DNA of 64,000 nucleotides from Mobula hypostoma (GCF_963921235.1 NC_086107.1:108006001-108070000), one strand, 5' to 3'. Positions 50,921 through 64,000 are shown, counted from the first letter of the stretch. Made by a program: numbers and translations. Notes: generated by a model from the sequence alone, not told the origin.

Positions 50921-52170
50921 GAGGCCTCAATTAATACATGAGGGCTTAATAAAAATACTGAGAGGCAGGCTGTGTGTGCCTGAGAGAAGGGAGAACAGGG
51001 ATGAGATGTCAGCAAGCATCGAGACAGTGAGAAGTTGTGCCAATTTAAAGCACCACCTGCTCTGTGAAATACTCCTCACTAATCAGCCTTCAATGTAAAG
51101 TTCCAAATTAAAAATCAAAGCCTTTGGCTATGTTACATTTCAGAGGGAGCATTGTCCCTTCCAGATCAGAACATCACAGGGTTTCAGAGCTTGGTGAGTG
51201 CAAAGAGTAGTGGAGGGAAGCAGCAAAGGGGGTTGACGTATACGGGGAGCAAATCAGGTTGGCACACCAGACTTGGAGAAGAGCTTTCAATAAAAGGCAT
51301 CATCCATTTAGACCAGGAGTTCCCAACCTTTTTAATGCCATGGACCCCTTCAATTATGCAAGGTTGGACACCCCAGGTTGGGAACCCTTACCATGACATC
51401 GGTGAGTTGCTGTGTTTTATAATAGGTATCTCCATAGAAAACTCTGTGCTAGCTATTTCTGGCTCACTGCTTACTCCATCTACTGACCGTGTTAAGGAGC
51501 TGGGATGGGGCTGGGGGCACAGCTTGAATATTGAGTGTTGTATCTGAGCGAGGTTTTGCTCTGCTGACAATTCCTTCGTAGGTGGTCTTTAGATCTCTCA
51601 CTGAGGCCATGACATCACGTTAGTGAACGGAGCACTGATACTCAGGAGTGGGTCGGGTGAAATGCCTCAACTTCTTCCTCTGGCGGCTTTTTCTATATGC
51701 TCAAGCTCTTTGCATGAAGAATTTGTCCTTCAGGTTCCTTTCAAATCTTTTTTTCTCTCAACTTAAAGCTATGTTTTTGATTCACATGCCCTGGGAAAAA
51801 GACTGTGCACATTCACCCTATCTATGCTCTGCATAATATGACGTGCCTCTATATCATCCCTCAATCTCCCGGGCTCCTCAAATCCAGGAGACTTTCTCAT
51901 AAATGATTATTGTATTCTTTCTAGCTTCATGACATCTTTACTTCCTTCCACCCACATTATAAATCGTTTCCATAGACCTAATAGTATTAACTTATCTTCT
52001 TAGACATGTTTTTCTCAAATTTCTACAGATGTACCATGAAGAGCATTCTGACTGATTGCATTACCATCTGGTAGGAAAGTTTCAATGAACAGGATTGGAA
52101 ATAAAAGTTGTGGGAAATTGTGGGCTCAGCCAGTTCCTTCATGGGCACTAGCCTCCCACTATCAAAAGGC

Positions 52171-52363
52171 CTAAAGAAGGTGGCATCCATCATTAAGAAC
52201 CCTCACCATCTCAAGAAGGTGGCATCCATCATTAAGGACCCCCACCATCTCAAGACGGTGGCATCCATCATTAAGGACCCCCACCATCTCAAGAAGGTGG
52301 CATCCATCAGTAAGAACCCTCACTATCTCAAGAAGGTGGCATCCATCATTAAGGACCCTCACC
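52171..52363 (+). repeat. 39-bp tandem repeat, 5 copies, derived from Rex1-like coding sequence
   Basis: Unit CTCAAGAAGGTGGCATCCATCATTAAGGACCCCCACCAT (LKKVASIIKDPHH). Confidence 0.92.
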
Positions 52364-53634
52364 GCCTAGGACTTGCCATCACGTGTTTTTTTATTGATTG
52401 GGATAAGGCGTGGAATAGATCCTTCAAGCCATGCCACCAGCAATCCCTCAATCCCTCAGTTTAGCCCTAGCCTAATCACAGGACAATTTACAGTGACCAA
52501 TTAACCTGCCAACTAGTACGTCTTTGGACTGTGGGAAGAAACTGAAGCACCTGGCGGAAACCCACGCGGTCACGGGGAGGACATACAAACTCCTTACAGG
52601 CAGTGGCGGGAATTGAACCCAGGTCGCCTGCACTGAAAAGCGTTGTGCTAACCACTATGGCACCGTGCCCCCCCCTCCACCCCCGATCTCATTGCTACAA
52701 TCAGGGAGGAGGTGAAAGAGTCTGAAGACACACACTCAACAGTTTAAAACAGCTTCTTCTCCACCATCAAATTCCTTCACCATTCTGCTCTCTGTTTGCA
52801 TGACTTTTTAAAATATTTCTTGTTGTAACTTGTAGTAATTTTTAAATGTATTGCACTGCCAGCTGCTGCAAAACAGCAAATCTCAAGAGAACATGTTAGT
52901 GATCATAAATCTGATTCCAATTGCACTTTGACTCCTGTTCATCTTTTTAAGGGATACATCATTTTATACTATAGGTTGATTAAATGTAAGCTATTTATTA
53001 GATGTCTAGTGTACTGCAGAACCTTTTAATGTCAAGGAAATTCAGTCTCCTGGGGTTAACCTTGAAAGAACATCACTGGGATTACAAGTCCTCAAAAACA
53101 CCAAGGGCAGGAGTTGTTTTTGCCATGGATGGGGTTGGGTTAAAGTGATCTGCTCACTTAATCATTAGTTGTCACAGGCAAGAAATCCAACCATCCTGTT
53201 TTTATTAACCGATGACCTGCCAGTATTGATTCAAGTAAAGAAGAGGGAACCAAAAGTTGCCTGAAAATTGTTCCTTTGTAACCAACCCCAATGGATAGAC
53301 ACTGGCTGTCTTCATCTATCCTGAGAGGTCGGTGTAGAACAGGACTGACAAATCCACACACCAGTTTTTCATACCCTACTAAAACCTAAATCAATATGAT
53401 TGAATGAATTTATAGAGTGAATGAGTTTTTTTTTGCTTGCTTTCTCCTGTAATTTCAGCAACCTTTTGCATAAAAATATCCCCACGAACTTCGTCGGAGA
53501 CTCTTCAGTCTGACATAGAGTCTACTCCCTCCACCACCCTCCATCCCCCGCACCCTGATCTGGATGGATAGCAAAGAAACACCTTGGTTTGGAAATGTAC
53601 AGAGATGTCTCCACGTACCACAGCAAACACATAC

Positions 53635-53860
53635 AGTACATTTCTGTAGCACCTTTGATGACATCTGGACAACTTTGCAGCCAATAAAAGACTTTGCAAT
53701 GAAGGAATTAGAGTAGCCAACTGCAGACAGCAAGATTCCACAAACAAGACTGAGGTGAGCGGCCAGTTGTTCTTATTTTCAGTGATGATGGTTGAAGTTG
53801 AAACGTTGGCTGGGGACACAGGGAACACCTCTGTTCTTTAAAATAGTGGTCATTACTTTC
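53635..53860 (-). mobile_element. Ancient SINE remnant (possibly Deu-domain or SacSINE-like)
   Basis: GTAGCCAACTGCAGACAGCAAGATTCCACAAAC...GTGATGATGGTTGAAG...GGACACAGGG. Similar remnants at about 29445-29560 and inverted at about 58610. Family name is from recall. Confidence 0.5.
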
Positions 53861-54644
53861 ACCAGATGAGCCAGAGAGGTAAAACATACAGGCCCTTTGG
53901 CCCATGAGTTGCTTACCTTTCAACCTACTCTAAGATCAATCTAACCCTTTTCCCTTACATAGCCTTTCATTTTTCGATCAACCGTGTGTCTACCGAAGAG
54001 TTTCTTAAATGTCCCTAATATAATGGCCTTCACCGGAATCCCTGGTAAGGTGTTCCACACACCCAGTACTCTCTGCATCAAAGAAATCCTTCCTTTGATA
54101 CCCCCCCATACTTTCCTCCAATCACCTTTAAAATCATACCCCTTATAGTAGCCATTTCCACCCTGGAAAAGCCTCTGGTGATCTACCTGATCTATGCCTC
54201 ATATCATCTCATACACTGTTATCAAGTCACCTCTCACCCTCCTCAGCTCTGAGGAAAAAAGCCCTAGCTCACTCAACCTATTCTCTCTTCCCTTTTTTGC
54301 CATGATGGTGGCTAATGAATACACTCAGATGTCTTTGGGATGTGGGAGGAAATCTTCACGGTCCAGTGACTGGGAATGAACCCAGACCTGTGAGGCAACA
54401 GCTTCACCAGATTCACCACCACCTGATTCAATATTAGAAGAAAGTCTGATGTTTGTACACATGCCATTGAGGAACCTCTTTGAATATCTAAGTCATGGTG
54501 ACTTCTCTGAGCTCTTGACTCATTTGCTGGGACTTGCTTTGAAACTTCAGGCAGTTTTGTGCTTTATGTAATTGAAATGATTATGAGCCAGTACCAGTAA
54601 ATTTCAATTTTACGATCTGTCTTGAAACCCTAATGTAGCCAAAG

Positions 54645-54862
54645 TAACACACACAAAATACTGGAGGAACTCAGCACGCCAGGCAGCATCTATGGAAAGG
54701 AATAAAGAGAGAATATTTCAGGCCAAAACCCTTCATCAGGACTCCACCTGAAGTGCTAGCTCTTTATTCCGTTTAGCCGATGCTGCCTGAGCTGCTGAGC
54801 TCTTCCAGTATTTTGTCTGTATTACTCTGGATTTCCAGCATCTTCAGAAACCCTTATATTTA
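54645..54862. mobile_element. Short fold-back Penelope-derived insertion with a hammerhead core
   Basis: Inverted arms at 54655-54690 and 54779-54814. 14-bp TSD TAATGTAGCCAAAG at 54631-54644 and 54863-54876. Confidence 0.85.
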
Positions 54863-55986
54863 TAATGTAGCCAAAGATTTTTTCCCTTGTAGATTTTCAG
54901 AGGCACCTTAAGTAAGGTAAAGAGGGCTAGGGAGCGCAGGACTCAAGGCAACTGTGACGGAGTAATTAAGTTCGAGGGCACACGGAAGAATACAGAGATT
55001 TTGGAGGAAGGAAGGACGGTCCTGGAGATAGGGAGGATAAGCCCATAAAGGAGATTTGAAAACAAAGTTGAAAATATTGAATAACTGTAATCCAGTGTAG
55101 ATGAGGGAGCTCTGGATGAAGGGTCAATAGGACTCGTACTGTCTGTGGAGTTACAAGAGACTGCAGATGTTGGAATTTGGAGTGACACCTGAGACGCTGC
55201 AGGTTCTCAGCTGGCCAGGCAGTAGCTATAGAGGAAAATTGACTCAAATGGTTGACTGTCCCTTTTTTCTCCATAGATGCATATGGAGATTAGGAACTTT
55301 TAAGACTCGTAAGAGATGAAAGAAAGAAATTGAGGGTTATGGTCTATGTAGAAGGGAGCGTTACATTGATCCTGGAGTAGGTTAAAAGGTCGGCACAACA
55401 ATGAGGCCTGCGGGGCCTGTAATGTGCTGTACTGTTCTGTGTTCTATGCTGCCTGACGTGCTGAGTTCCTCCAGCATAGCTTGTGTTGGGTTATCTTTGT
55501 ATTTTTCATAGAGGGACCGTGGGGGTTGCAATCATTGTCCATCCCAAGGCTCTCCTGACCTGAGGAGGCAGCTAGATCCAATTGCATTGATGGGTTTAGA
55601 GTCACTCACAGGCCTGTCCTGGTAAGGATGACAGATTCCCTTCTTTGAAGGTCATTTATAAATTGGTATGAATCTTTAAGACGATCCGATTAATTTCCTG
55701 ATTCCAATGACTGAAATTAGCTTTAAAAAAAACAAATTCCAGATTTACCTAATTTCCTAGATTTAAACTCCCAGATGCTATGGTGGGAATCAAACCCACA
55801 TCACTGGTTCACAGCCCTGGCTGCTAACTCTACACCAGCATGCCCACATTAAACACTGGCAGGAAAGCTTTGCATAATGTCAAGACTGCAGAGAATAGAA
55901 CAAGGGAGTACAACCAGGATGCTGTTCTAAAAGAAATAGAGAAGTTCACAATAGTTGAGAGGTGAATAGGGGAGTTACAGGTGGGG

Positions 55987-56550
55987 TACACTCATCAGTA
56001 GCTAATTTTTTAGGTATACCTGTACAACTTGCTTGTTAATGCAAACAGCTAATCAGCCAATCATGTGGCAACAACTCAACGCATAAAAGCATGCAGACAT
56101 GGTCAAGAGGTTCAGTTGCTGTTCAGATTAAAAATCAGAATGGTTAAGAAATGTGATCTAAGCGACTTTGACTGATTGTTGGTGCCAGATGGGGTGGTCT
56201 GAGTGCCTTCAGAAATGGACAATCTTTTGGGATTTTCACGCACAACAGTCTCCAGCGTTTACAGAGAATGGTGGGAAAAGCAAAATAAAAATCCAGTGAG
56301 CAACAGTTCTGTAGGCAAAAATGCCTTGTTTCTGAGAGAGGTCAGATGAGAATGGCTGGACTGGTTCAAGCTGACAGGAAGGTGACAGTAACCACGCATT
56401 ACAGCAGTGGTGTGCAGAAGAGCATCTCTGAATGCACAACGCATTGAACCTTGAAGTGGATGGTCTGCAGCAGCAGAAGGCTATGAACAGCTACAGGGAG
56501 TGGCCAGTTTATTACGCTTAGGAGGTACCTAACAGAATGGTACTGCACGT
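55987..56550 (+). mobile_element. Tc1/mariner-derived MITE
   Basis: Same internal sequence as 22940-24378 (GGTCAAGAGGTTCAGTTG...GTTCAAGCTGACAGGAAGG) with degenerate TIRs. Confidence 0.8.
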
Positions 56551-57399
56551 GGGTGCTTTCGGTGAAGGCCAAAGTTTAGCTCAACTACATGCAAGATGGA
56601 TCCCTTCTGTGCTGTAACATTCTGCCATTCTGATGCTGTTATCATAGACAATGCAACACCTGCCAACAGAAACATATTAAATAGCAATGTACTTATTACA
56701 AGTATAAAATTTCAACCTCCTTTTCAAATCTGTAAATGACCTTGGCATCAGCAGTCTCCTCCAATCTTGCAACCTTTTTATCATCTCTGTGCTCTAAAAT
56801 TCTAGCCTCCCGCCCAGTTTTTCCTCCGTTGCAAAAACATTGGTGGCTGCACCACCTGTGTCACAGCTGCCAGAATTTGAACCTCTCCCTCTCTCTCTCT
56901 TGCCCTTCCATGGAGACCTGCCTGGGTGACCGAGCCTTTCACCTCCTGATTACGTACGCACGGCCGCACTTGTCCGAGGAGTCAGCTTTTCAGTGAGATA
57001 CCCCACTGAGATCGCCATTCCTCTCTAAGGAGACTCAAAACATCCCACAGCCACCATTTTGGGGAAGATTATTGCCCCACCTCTCCCGGTACCAATATAT
57101 AATCCTCAACTTTCATTACGTGGGGCAGCACAGCAGCATTGCACTGTCTTAGACTGGAGGTTTGGGGTTCAATTCCCACCGCTGTCTGTAAGGAGTTTGT
57201 ACGTTCTCCCCCTAAATGCACGGAGTTCCCTCGGGTGCTCTGGTGTCCTCCCATGTACGGGTCAGGTTAGTAAGCACAGGTAGGTTTAGTAAGCTGTGGA
57301 CATGCTATGCAGGCACTGGGAAAAACAGCGCCACTTGCATCCTCGGACTGTGTTGGTCATTTTCGCAAACAACACATTTCACTTTATGTTGCAACGTAT

Positions 57400-58533
57400 A
57401 CATAGAAACATAGAAAATAGGTGCAGGAGTAGGCCATTCGGCCCTTCAAGCCTGCACCGCCATTTATTATGATCATGGCTGATCATCCAACTCAGAACCC
57501 CGCCCCAGCCTTCCCTCCATACCCCCTGATCCCCGTAGCCACAAGGGCCATATCTAACTCCCTCTTAAATATAGCCAATGAACTGGCCTCAACAGTTTCC
57601 TGTGGTAGAGAATTCCACAGATTCACCACTCTCTGTGTGAAGAAGTTTTTCCTAATCTCGGTCCTAAAAGGCTTCCCCTCTATCCTCAAACTGTGATCCC
57701 TCATTCTGGACTTCCCCAACATTGGGAACAATCTTCCTGCATCTAGCCTGTCCAATCCCTTTAGGATCTTATACGTTTCAATCAGATCCCCCCTCAATCT
57801 TCTAAATTCCAACGAGTACAAGTCTTTCTTCATATGAAAGTCCTGCCATCCCAGGAATCAATCTGGTGAACCTTCTTTGTACTCCCTCTATGGCAAGGAT
57901 GTCTTTCCTCAGATTAGGGGACCAAAACTGCACACAATACTCCAGGTGTGGTCTCACCAAGGCCTTGTACAACTGCAGTAGTACCTCCCTGCTCCTGTAC
58001 TCAAATCCTCTTGCTATAAATGCCAGCATACCATTCGCCTCTTTCACCGCCTGCTGTACCTGCATGCCCACTTTCAATGACTGGTATATAATGACACCCA
58101 GGTCTCGTTGCATCTCCCCTTTTCCTAATCGGCCACCATTCAGATAATAATCTGTTTTCCTATTTTTGCCACCAAAGTGGATAACTTCACATTTATCCAC
58201 ATTAAATTGCATCTGCCATGAATTTGCCCACTCACCCAACCTATCCAAGTCACCCTGCATCCTCTTAGCATCCTCCTCACAGCTAACACTGCCGCCCAGC
58301 TTCGTGTCATCCGCAAACTTGGAGATGCTGCATTTAATTCCCTCATCCAAATCATTAATATATATTGTAAACAACTGGGGTCCCAGCACTGAGCCTTGCG
58401 GTACCCCACTAGTCACTGCCTGCCATTCTGAAAAGGTCCCGTTTATTCCCACTCTCTGCTTCTTGTCTGCTAACCAATTCTCTATCCACATCAATACCTT
58501 ACCCCCAATACCGTGTGCTTTAAGTTTGCACAC
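57400..58533 (-). mobile_element. Young CR1 LINE, 5'-truncated
   Basis: Open ORF 57802-58545 with SGVPQGSVLGP and KFADDTK. A 14-bp deletion near 57822 relative to the copy at about 39050 shifts the frame. (CATAGAAA)n tail. Confidence 0.96.
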
Positions 58534-58954
58534 TATACGTGGCAAATAGAGCCAATATCTTTAATCTCTTTACATCAGCACATCTTTTGGCTGTGCTCAT
58601 GATTGTCTGCGGGAACTTGCTGTGCGCACATTGGCTGACATTACAGTAACAATGATGTATCAAGAATTAGATCATTGCCCGCAAGACACTATGGATGGAT
58701 TGGAAATAACAGAAAAGGTATTACAGAAACATGGGTCTTTTCTGTTGACAGACATGCTTCAGACCGGTACCTGGACAGAGAGAAACTAAAGTGGCCTCTT
58801 TGGGGACGGGTCTACACAGAGTAACCTTCTCTGGCCCCTCACAGTGCACAACAGTCCCAGGAAGGATGAAGATGTTGTTTTCTTATTCTGTCAGTGCCTA
58901 CCTACGAGCCCTCAACGCTAGACTTACCATTCAGCTCAGCTGCAAAAGGTTGCA

Positions 58955-60000
<1,046 letters not shown>

Positions 60001-60678
60001 TCATCTTTTCTTCTTTTGCATTGCAGTGTTGCACTCATTCCTGGACTGGACCTGGGTAGTTGTCTGGCCGTGTGCTACTTTAAAGCCCTCAGTCCCCATC
60101 TCTTGGTCAGGGCGTCGACCTTCCAAACTGGCGGCTGGAAGGTTGTTTCTGCAGAGGTCGGAGACCCAGGAGGGGGCCGTTAAGAACCCTTGCTGGTCAA
60201 TGTTATAAAACTGTTTGGCGTCTCTCCCTTTGGAGACTGCATCCAAAGTGCCTGTGCTATTATATTTTTTGATTGGAGTGGGCGGGGATGGTGAGGGAGA
60301 GAAGAGGGAGGTCAGAGAGAGGCTACTAAGTGTCTCTGAGTGTTCGCTGTTGGTTCTCAGAGAGTGGGCGAGCCCCTCCTCATCAGAGGGCTCGATGGAG
60401 TCCTGGTAGGTGCACCCAGGACTCGTGCTGCCCCCACTGCTCTGACTCCGGTGGTGGCCCCTCAGCTTCTGGAGCCCGAGGACCCGCCAGTGTTGGCTGC
60501 TGTTCTCCCGAGGGGGAGGCAGGAAGGAGGGGCCGGTTCCTTGAGGGGGAGGGACCGTGCAGACCGCTGGGAGGGGCAGCGGGTCCTGAGGCGACACAGT
60601 AATTCTCAGGCCGTCCTCCAGCATCGTGTGCAGGCTGTCCACCGACTCGTCGCTCAGCGAGGCGTCACAGATGGCGAC
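60001..60678 (-). CDS. CACNA1I: Last coding exon of T-type voltage-gated calcium channel alpha-1I (Cav3.3)
   Basis: Acceptor ...TCTTCTCCCTCTCGCAG|GTC (AG at 60680-60679), phase 0, open to TGA at 60003-60001. HHRSQSSGGSTSPGCTYQDSIEPSDEEG and SEHSETLSSLSLTSLF match the human Cav3.3 tail as I recall it (HQRSHSSGGSTSPGCTHHDSMDPSDEEG, SEHSETLSSLSLTSLF). Basic C-terminus KKKR. No upstream exon was found in the window. Confidence 0.93.
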   Translation of the reverse strand, partial: VAICDASLSDESVDSLHTMLEDGLRITVSPQDPLPLPAVCTVPPPQGTGPSFLPPPRENSSQHWRVLGLQKLRGHHRSQSSGGSTSPGCTYQDSIEPSDEEGLAHSLRTNSEHSETLSSLSLTSLFSPSPSPPTPIKKYNSTGTLDAVSKGRDAKQFYNIDQQGFLTAPSWVSDLCRNNLPAASLEGRRPDQEMGTEGFKVAHGQTTTQVQSRNECNTAMQKKKR

Positions 60679-61019
60679 CTGCGAGAGGGAGAAGATAAAT
60701 CAGTCTTTACCAACACTTGCAATTCCTTCAATAACATAGAACAGAACTGCACAGTACAGGCTCTTTGGCCTATGAAATTATGCCAATGTGTAACCTACTT
60801 CAAGATCAATCTAATCCTTCACTCACACATATCCCTCCATTTTCCTTTTACCCATGTGTCCATTCATGTCTACGAGTCTCATAAATGTCCCTGATATATC
60901 TGACTCTACCACCAACCCCAACAGTGTGTACCATGTACTCATCACTCTGTACAAAACATACCATTGACATCCCTTCTACACTTTCCTACATGAAGGAACA
61001 CTTACAGTACGTCTGCACA

Positions 61020-61960
61020 GAGCACTGCCACAGGAAAGCACTGTCTGTCATTAAGTTCCCCCATCATCCAAGCCATGCTCTCTTCTCACTGCCGCCATCA
61101 GGAGGAAGGTACAGGAGCCTTAGGTCCCACAGACCACCAGGTTCAAGAACAGTTATGATCCTTCAACCATCAGGTTCTTGAACCAGAGAAGATAACTCCA
61201 CTTGCCCCATCACTGAACTGTTGCACAACCTGCATTCACGGACTCTTCATTTCATGTTCTCGATATTTATAGTTATAGCCTATTTATTATTTGTTTTTAT
61301 TTTTTCTCGGCACAAGCTGGTAAAACTTGAGGACTGGGCATAACCAAGTACACTCATTTCTCAATTGCCAGGAACTTTCAGACTATTCTAGTGGTGTTTA
61401 GTATTGAGGCTTTCTGGAGATTTACATAAATATTGCTGTGTAGCCCTAATTGTTTGATGTTATTGTGTAGGGACTTTGGGATGATACAGTTATAGATATT
61501 ACTATTGGGACTATGTATACCCTGTTCATGTTCCATAGTCTTTCAATTTGCTCTTTCAATCCAGCATATTTCTCATGTTTTTCACTTACTGATTTCTGTA
61601 TGTCGTGTGTGTTTGGAATGGCTAGATCTATAAAGTAAGTTGTTCTTGCTTGATTATTCTGTATTATTATATCTGGATGGTTATTATGGATTGTCCTATC
61701 TATTATAACTGATATGTCATAATATAATTATTATGTATTATCATTATTTTTTAATGTTTTTTTTATTTTTGTAGTTGCACAGTATGTTGTCTTTTACACA
61801 TTAGTTGTTTGTCCCTCCCGTTGACTGTGGTCTTTCATTGATTCTATTATATCTCTTGTATTTACTGTAAATGTCTGCAAGAAAACGAATCCCCGGGTTG
61901 TATATGGTGACATATACAAACTTTGAAAATAAATTTACTTTGAACTTTGAAACTTTTGAA
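61020..61960 (+). mobile_element. Old Rex1-like 3' fragment hosting an R4/Dong-like insertion
   Basis: Encodes ALSVIKFPHHPSHALFSLPPSGGRYRSL, followed by a T-rich UTR and an AATAAATTTACTTTGAACTTTGA tail. Confidence 0.75.
61295..61725 (-). mobile_element. R4/Dong-like 3' fragment (RLE domain)
   Basis: Minus strand translates as DRTIHNNHPDIIIQNNQARTTYFIDLAIPNTHDIQKSVSEKHEKYAGLKEQIERLWNMNRVYIVPIVIS, a PD...D-type restriction-like endonuclease with the K..KY motif. Confidence 0.85.
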
Positions 61961-63489
61961 TCACATTAAAATTATGGTCTCTTATATAAGAAGATAAGAG
62001 GCATAGAAAGAGTGGACAATCACTTTTGGAAAAAAGTCTCTGTCTGTCCACTCTATGCCTCTCATACACTTCCATCAAGTCACCTCTCATTCATCTTCAC
62101 TCCAGGGAGGTCAAAATTGCCCAGTGCCGGTATTTAACTGATAAGTAGCTGGTCGGGGTTGGGAGCTCACTGGCTCTTCACTGACAACCTCCAGAGAAAG
62201 TAGTTGAGGCGGGTATGGTATTTGGATGAGAAGATTGATGGGAAAGGTTATGGGCTCCCACAGGATGGACTAAATAGGGGCAAATTGGAATATTCAAGTG
62301 GCCACCTTAATGGGGTAGACGAGTTTCGCCAAGGGGTCTGTTTTTATGCAGTATTCCCTGATGGTCAGATATCACAGTGTTACTCTTTGGCAACTATTTC
62401 AATGGTTTCCAGTTGCAGTTAATCCGTCTTTTCCCAACGCTTTCTTGACTGCAGTGTATGCACGGTATTGTCTTTGGTGCATTACAGAAAGTGAGGGGTC
62501 AAGTGCCGCTCCAGGGGACCAGATCTGCTGAGAACTCAGGGAGTGCCACACTGCCGAAGGTGCCGCGAGATAGCCTAACTAAACTATTTACTGATTTGTT
62601 TGAATTGAGATTAGCCTGGTAAACAGCCCTGAGCTGACACAAAGTTTTAGACAGAATACTTTATGTTTATGTGACTGCAAGTTTGGGTTGCTGATGGATC
62701 TGGGTTTATGTGGTGTCAAGTCAGATGGGGACCACACTCAGAGTCTTGTTTTTAAATGAGATACCTAGGTCTCTGTAGTGAGACTGAAGCTGTGTCCTAG
62801 AATAAACTTGCCAACTTCTGGGGCACTCAGGTGAATGTTGGAGACGTGTGTAGTATTGCTACTTTGTGCTGAATCTTTCTAATACGGGGCTTAAAGATAA
62901 CACTAAACTTCAGACCGAACCCAACAAGTCAGGCAGCATCTATGGAGAGACATGGACAATTGGTGTTTCAGATCGCAACACTTCATCTGGACAGGTTTTT
63001 TGTGTTCCTCGACATTCCAGCTCCTGCAGCCTCTTGTGTCTAAGCCCTAAAACTTTCATGATCTTCGGGATAGACCTTGTTGCTTTTAGTCAAGCATGAG
63101 ACCAATGTGACACCCTCTATCTACAAACAGGACATCCTAGAACAGTCCGCAGGCCTGGCAGCTTGGATCTCCCCCTGCCGGGCCAAGGAGTCCTGGATCT
63201 TGGAAACTGGGGGATGACTGACCTCTTTCACCACTACCCCACCCATCACAACCTGCCTACCATGTTCCCAAAGGGTCTCCTACATCTTAACTCTGGTCCT
63301 CATTCCCCATTTCCAAGGAGCCCATTGCATTCTGTGTCTCCCTATAATTTTGCTTCAATTTTTGGATCCAGGAAAAATTGTAACACCACATTGCTTCCCA
63401 GATTTGAATCTCCCAATAAATAAATGCTTTGGCTTGAAACTTTCCTTATGAAGTTCGTGCATTGACATTTAGCAAACAATTGTAGGATG

Positions 63490-64000
63490 AGTCTAAGAAA
63501 TGATGTGTTGACATTGGAGGGAATCCTGAGAAGGTTCACGAGAATGATTCCAGGAATGAAAGGATTAATGCATGTAGAACAATTGAAGGCTCTAGGCTGG
63601 AGTTTAGCAGAATGAGTAGGGGAGGGAGCAGATCTCATTAAAACCTGTTGAATATTGAAGGGTCCAGATGCAGTGGATGTAGAGAAGATGTTTCCTATAG
63701 TGCGTAGCACTAGATGGCACAGCCTTATAATAGAAGGATGCATCTTTACAACAGAGATGAAGAGGAATTTCTTTAGCCAGAGGGTGGGAAATCTATGGAA
63801 TTCATTGGCATAGATGGCTGTGGGGCTAAGTCATTGGGTATACTTAAAACAGAGGTTGATAGGTTCTTAATTAATCAGGGTGCCAAAAGTTACGGGGTGA
63901 AAGCAGGAGAATGGGGTTGAGAGGGATAATAAATCAGTCATGATGGAATGGTGGAGCAGACTCAATGGGTTGAATGGTCTAATTCTGCTCCTATGTCTTA
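63490..64000 (+). mobile_element. CR1 LINE 3' fragment, intronic and antisense to CACNA1I
   Basis: RRFTRMIPGMKGL...GAGATGAAGAGGAATTTCTTTAGCCAGAGGGTG with a tail ending CTGCTCCTATGTCTTA. Confidence 0.88.

Noticed and set aside
49902..51015. 342-aa Ser/Pro/Leu-rich ORF and its overlaps (also at 43975-44954)
   Set aside because: They are stop-poor antisense translations of GA-rich low-complexity DNA.
52171..52363. CRISPR-like regular repeat
   Set aside because: Units are contiguous with no unique spacers, there are no cas genes, and the context is a eukaryotic LINE remnant.
60340..60894. 184-aa plus-strand ORF
   Set aside because: It is the antisense shadow of the GC-rich CACNA1I exon.

Overview
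Eukaryotic, repeat-dominated vertebrate DNA. The mix of CR1, Penelope-like, Rex1-like, RTE-derived and V-SINE repeats suggests a cartilaginous fish, probably a ray (inference, not a database result). The only host coding sequence I can support is the last coding exon of the T-type calcium channel gene CACNA1I (Cav3.3) on the minus strand (60001-60678), followed by an approximately 1 kb 3' UTR containing a long (GA)n tract. The rest of the window is layered transposon sequence: many 5'-truncated CR1 LINEs, two young Neptune-type Penelope-like elements (RT plus GIY-YIG) and about ten short derivatives, Rex1/Babar fragments, two R4/Dong-like RLE fragments, a Chapaev3-like DNA transposon, Tc1-like MITEs, a solo LTR, SINEs and microsatellites. 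The most interesting signal is a family of minimal hammerhead ribozymes (CUGAnGA...GAAAC-GUC) in the Penelope 3' ends, intact in young copies and decayed in old ones, several inside short fold-back insertions. Two R4/Dong-like fragments also sit at the same TAA-rich position of the same host repeat. I found no evidence for a wholly new class of system; these are known classes whose local families may be undescribed. Repeat boundaries were placed by eye and are approximate unless a TSD is quoted.
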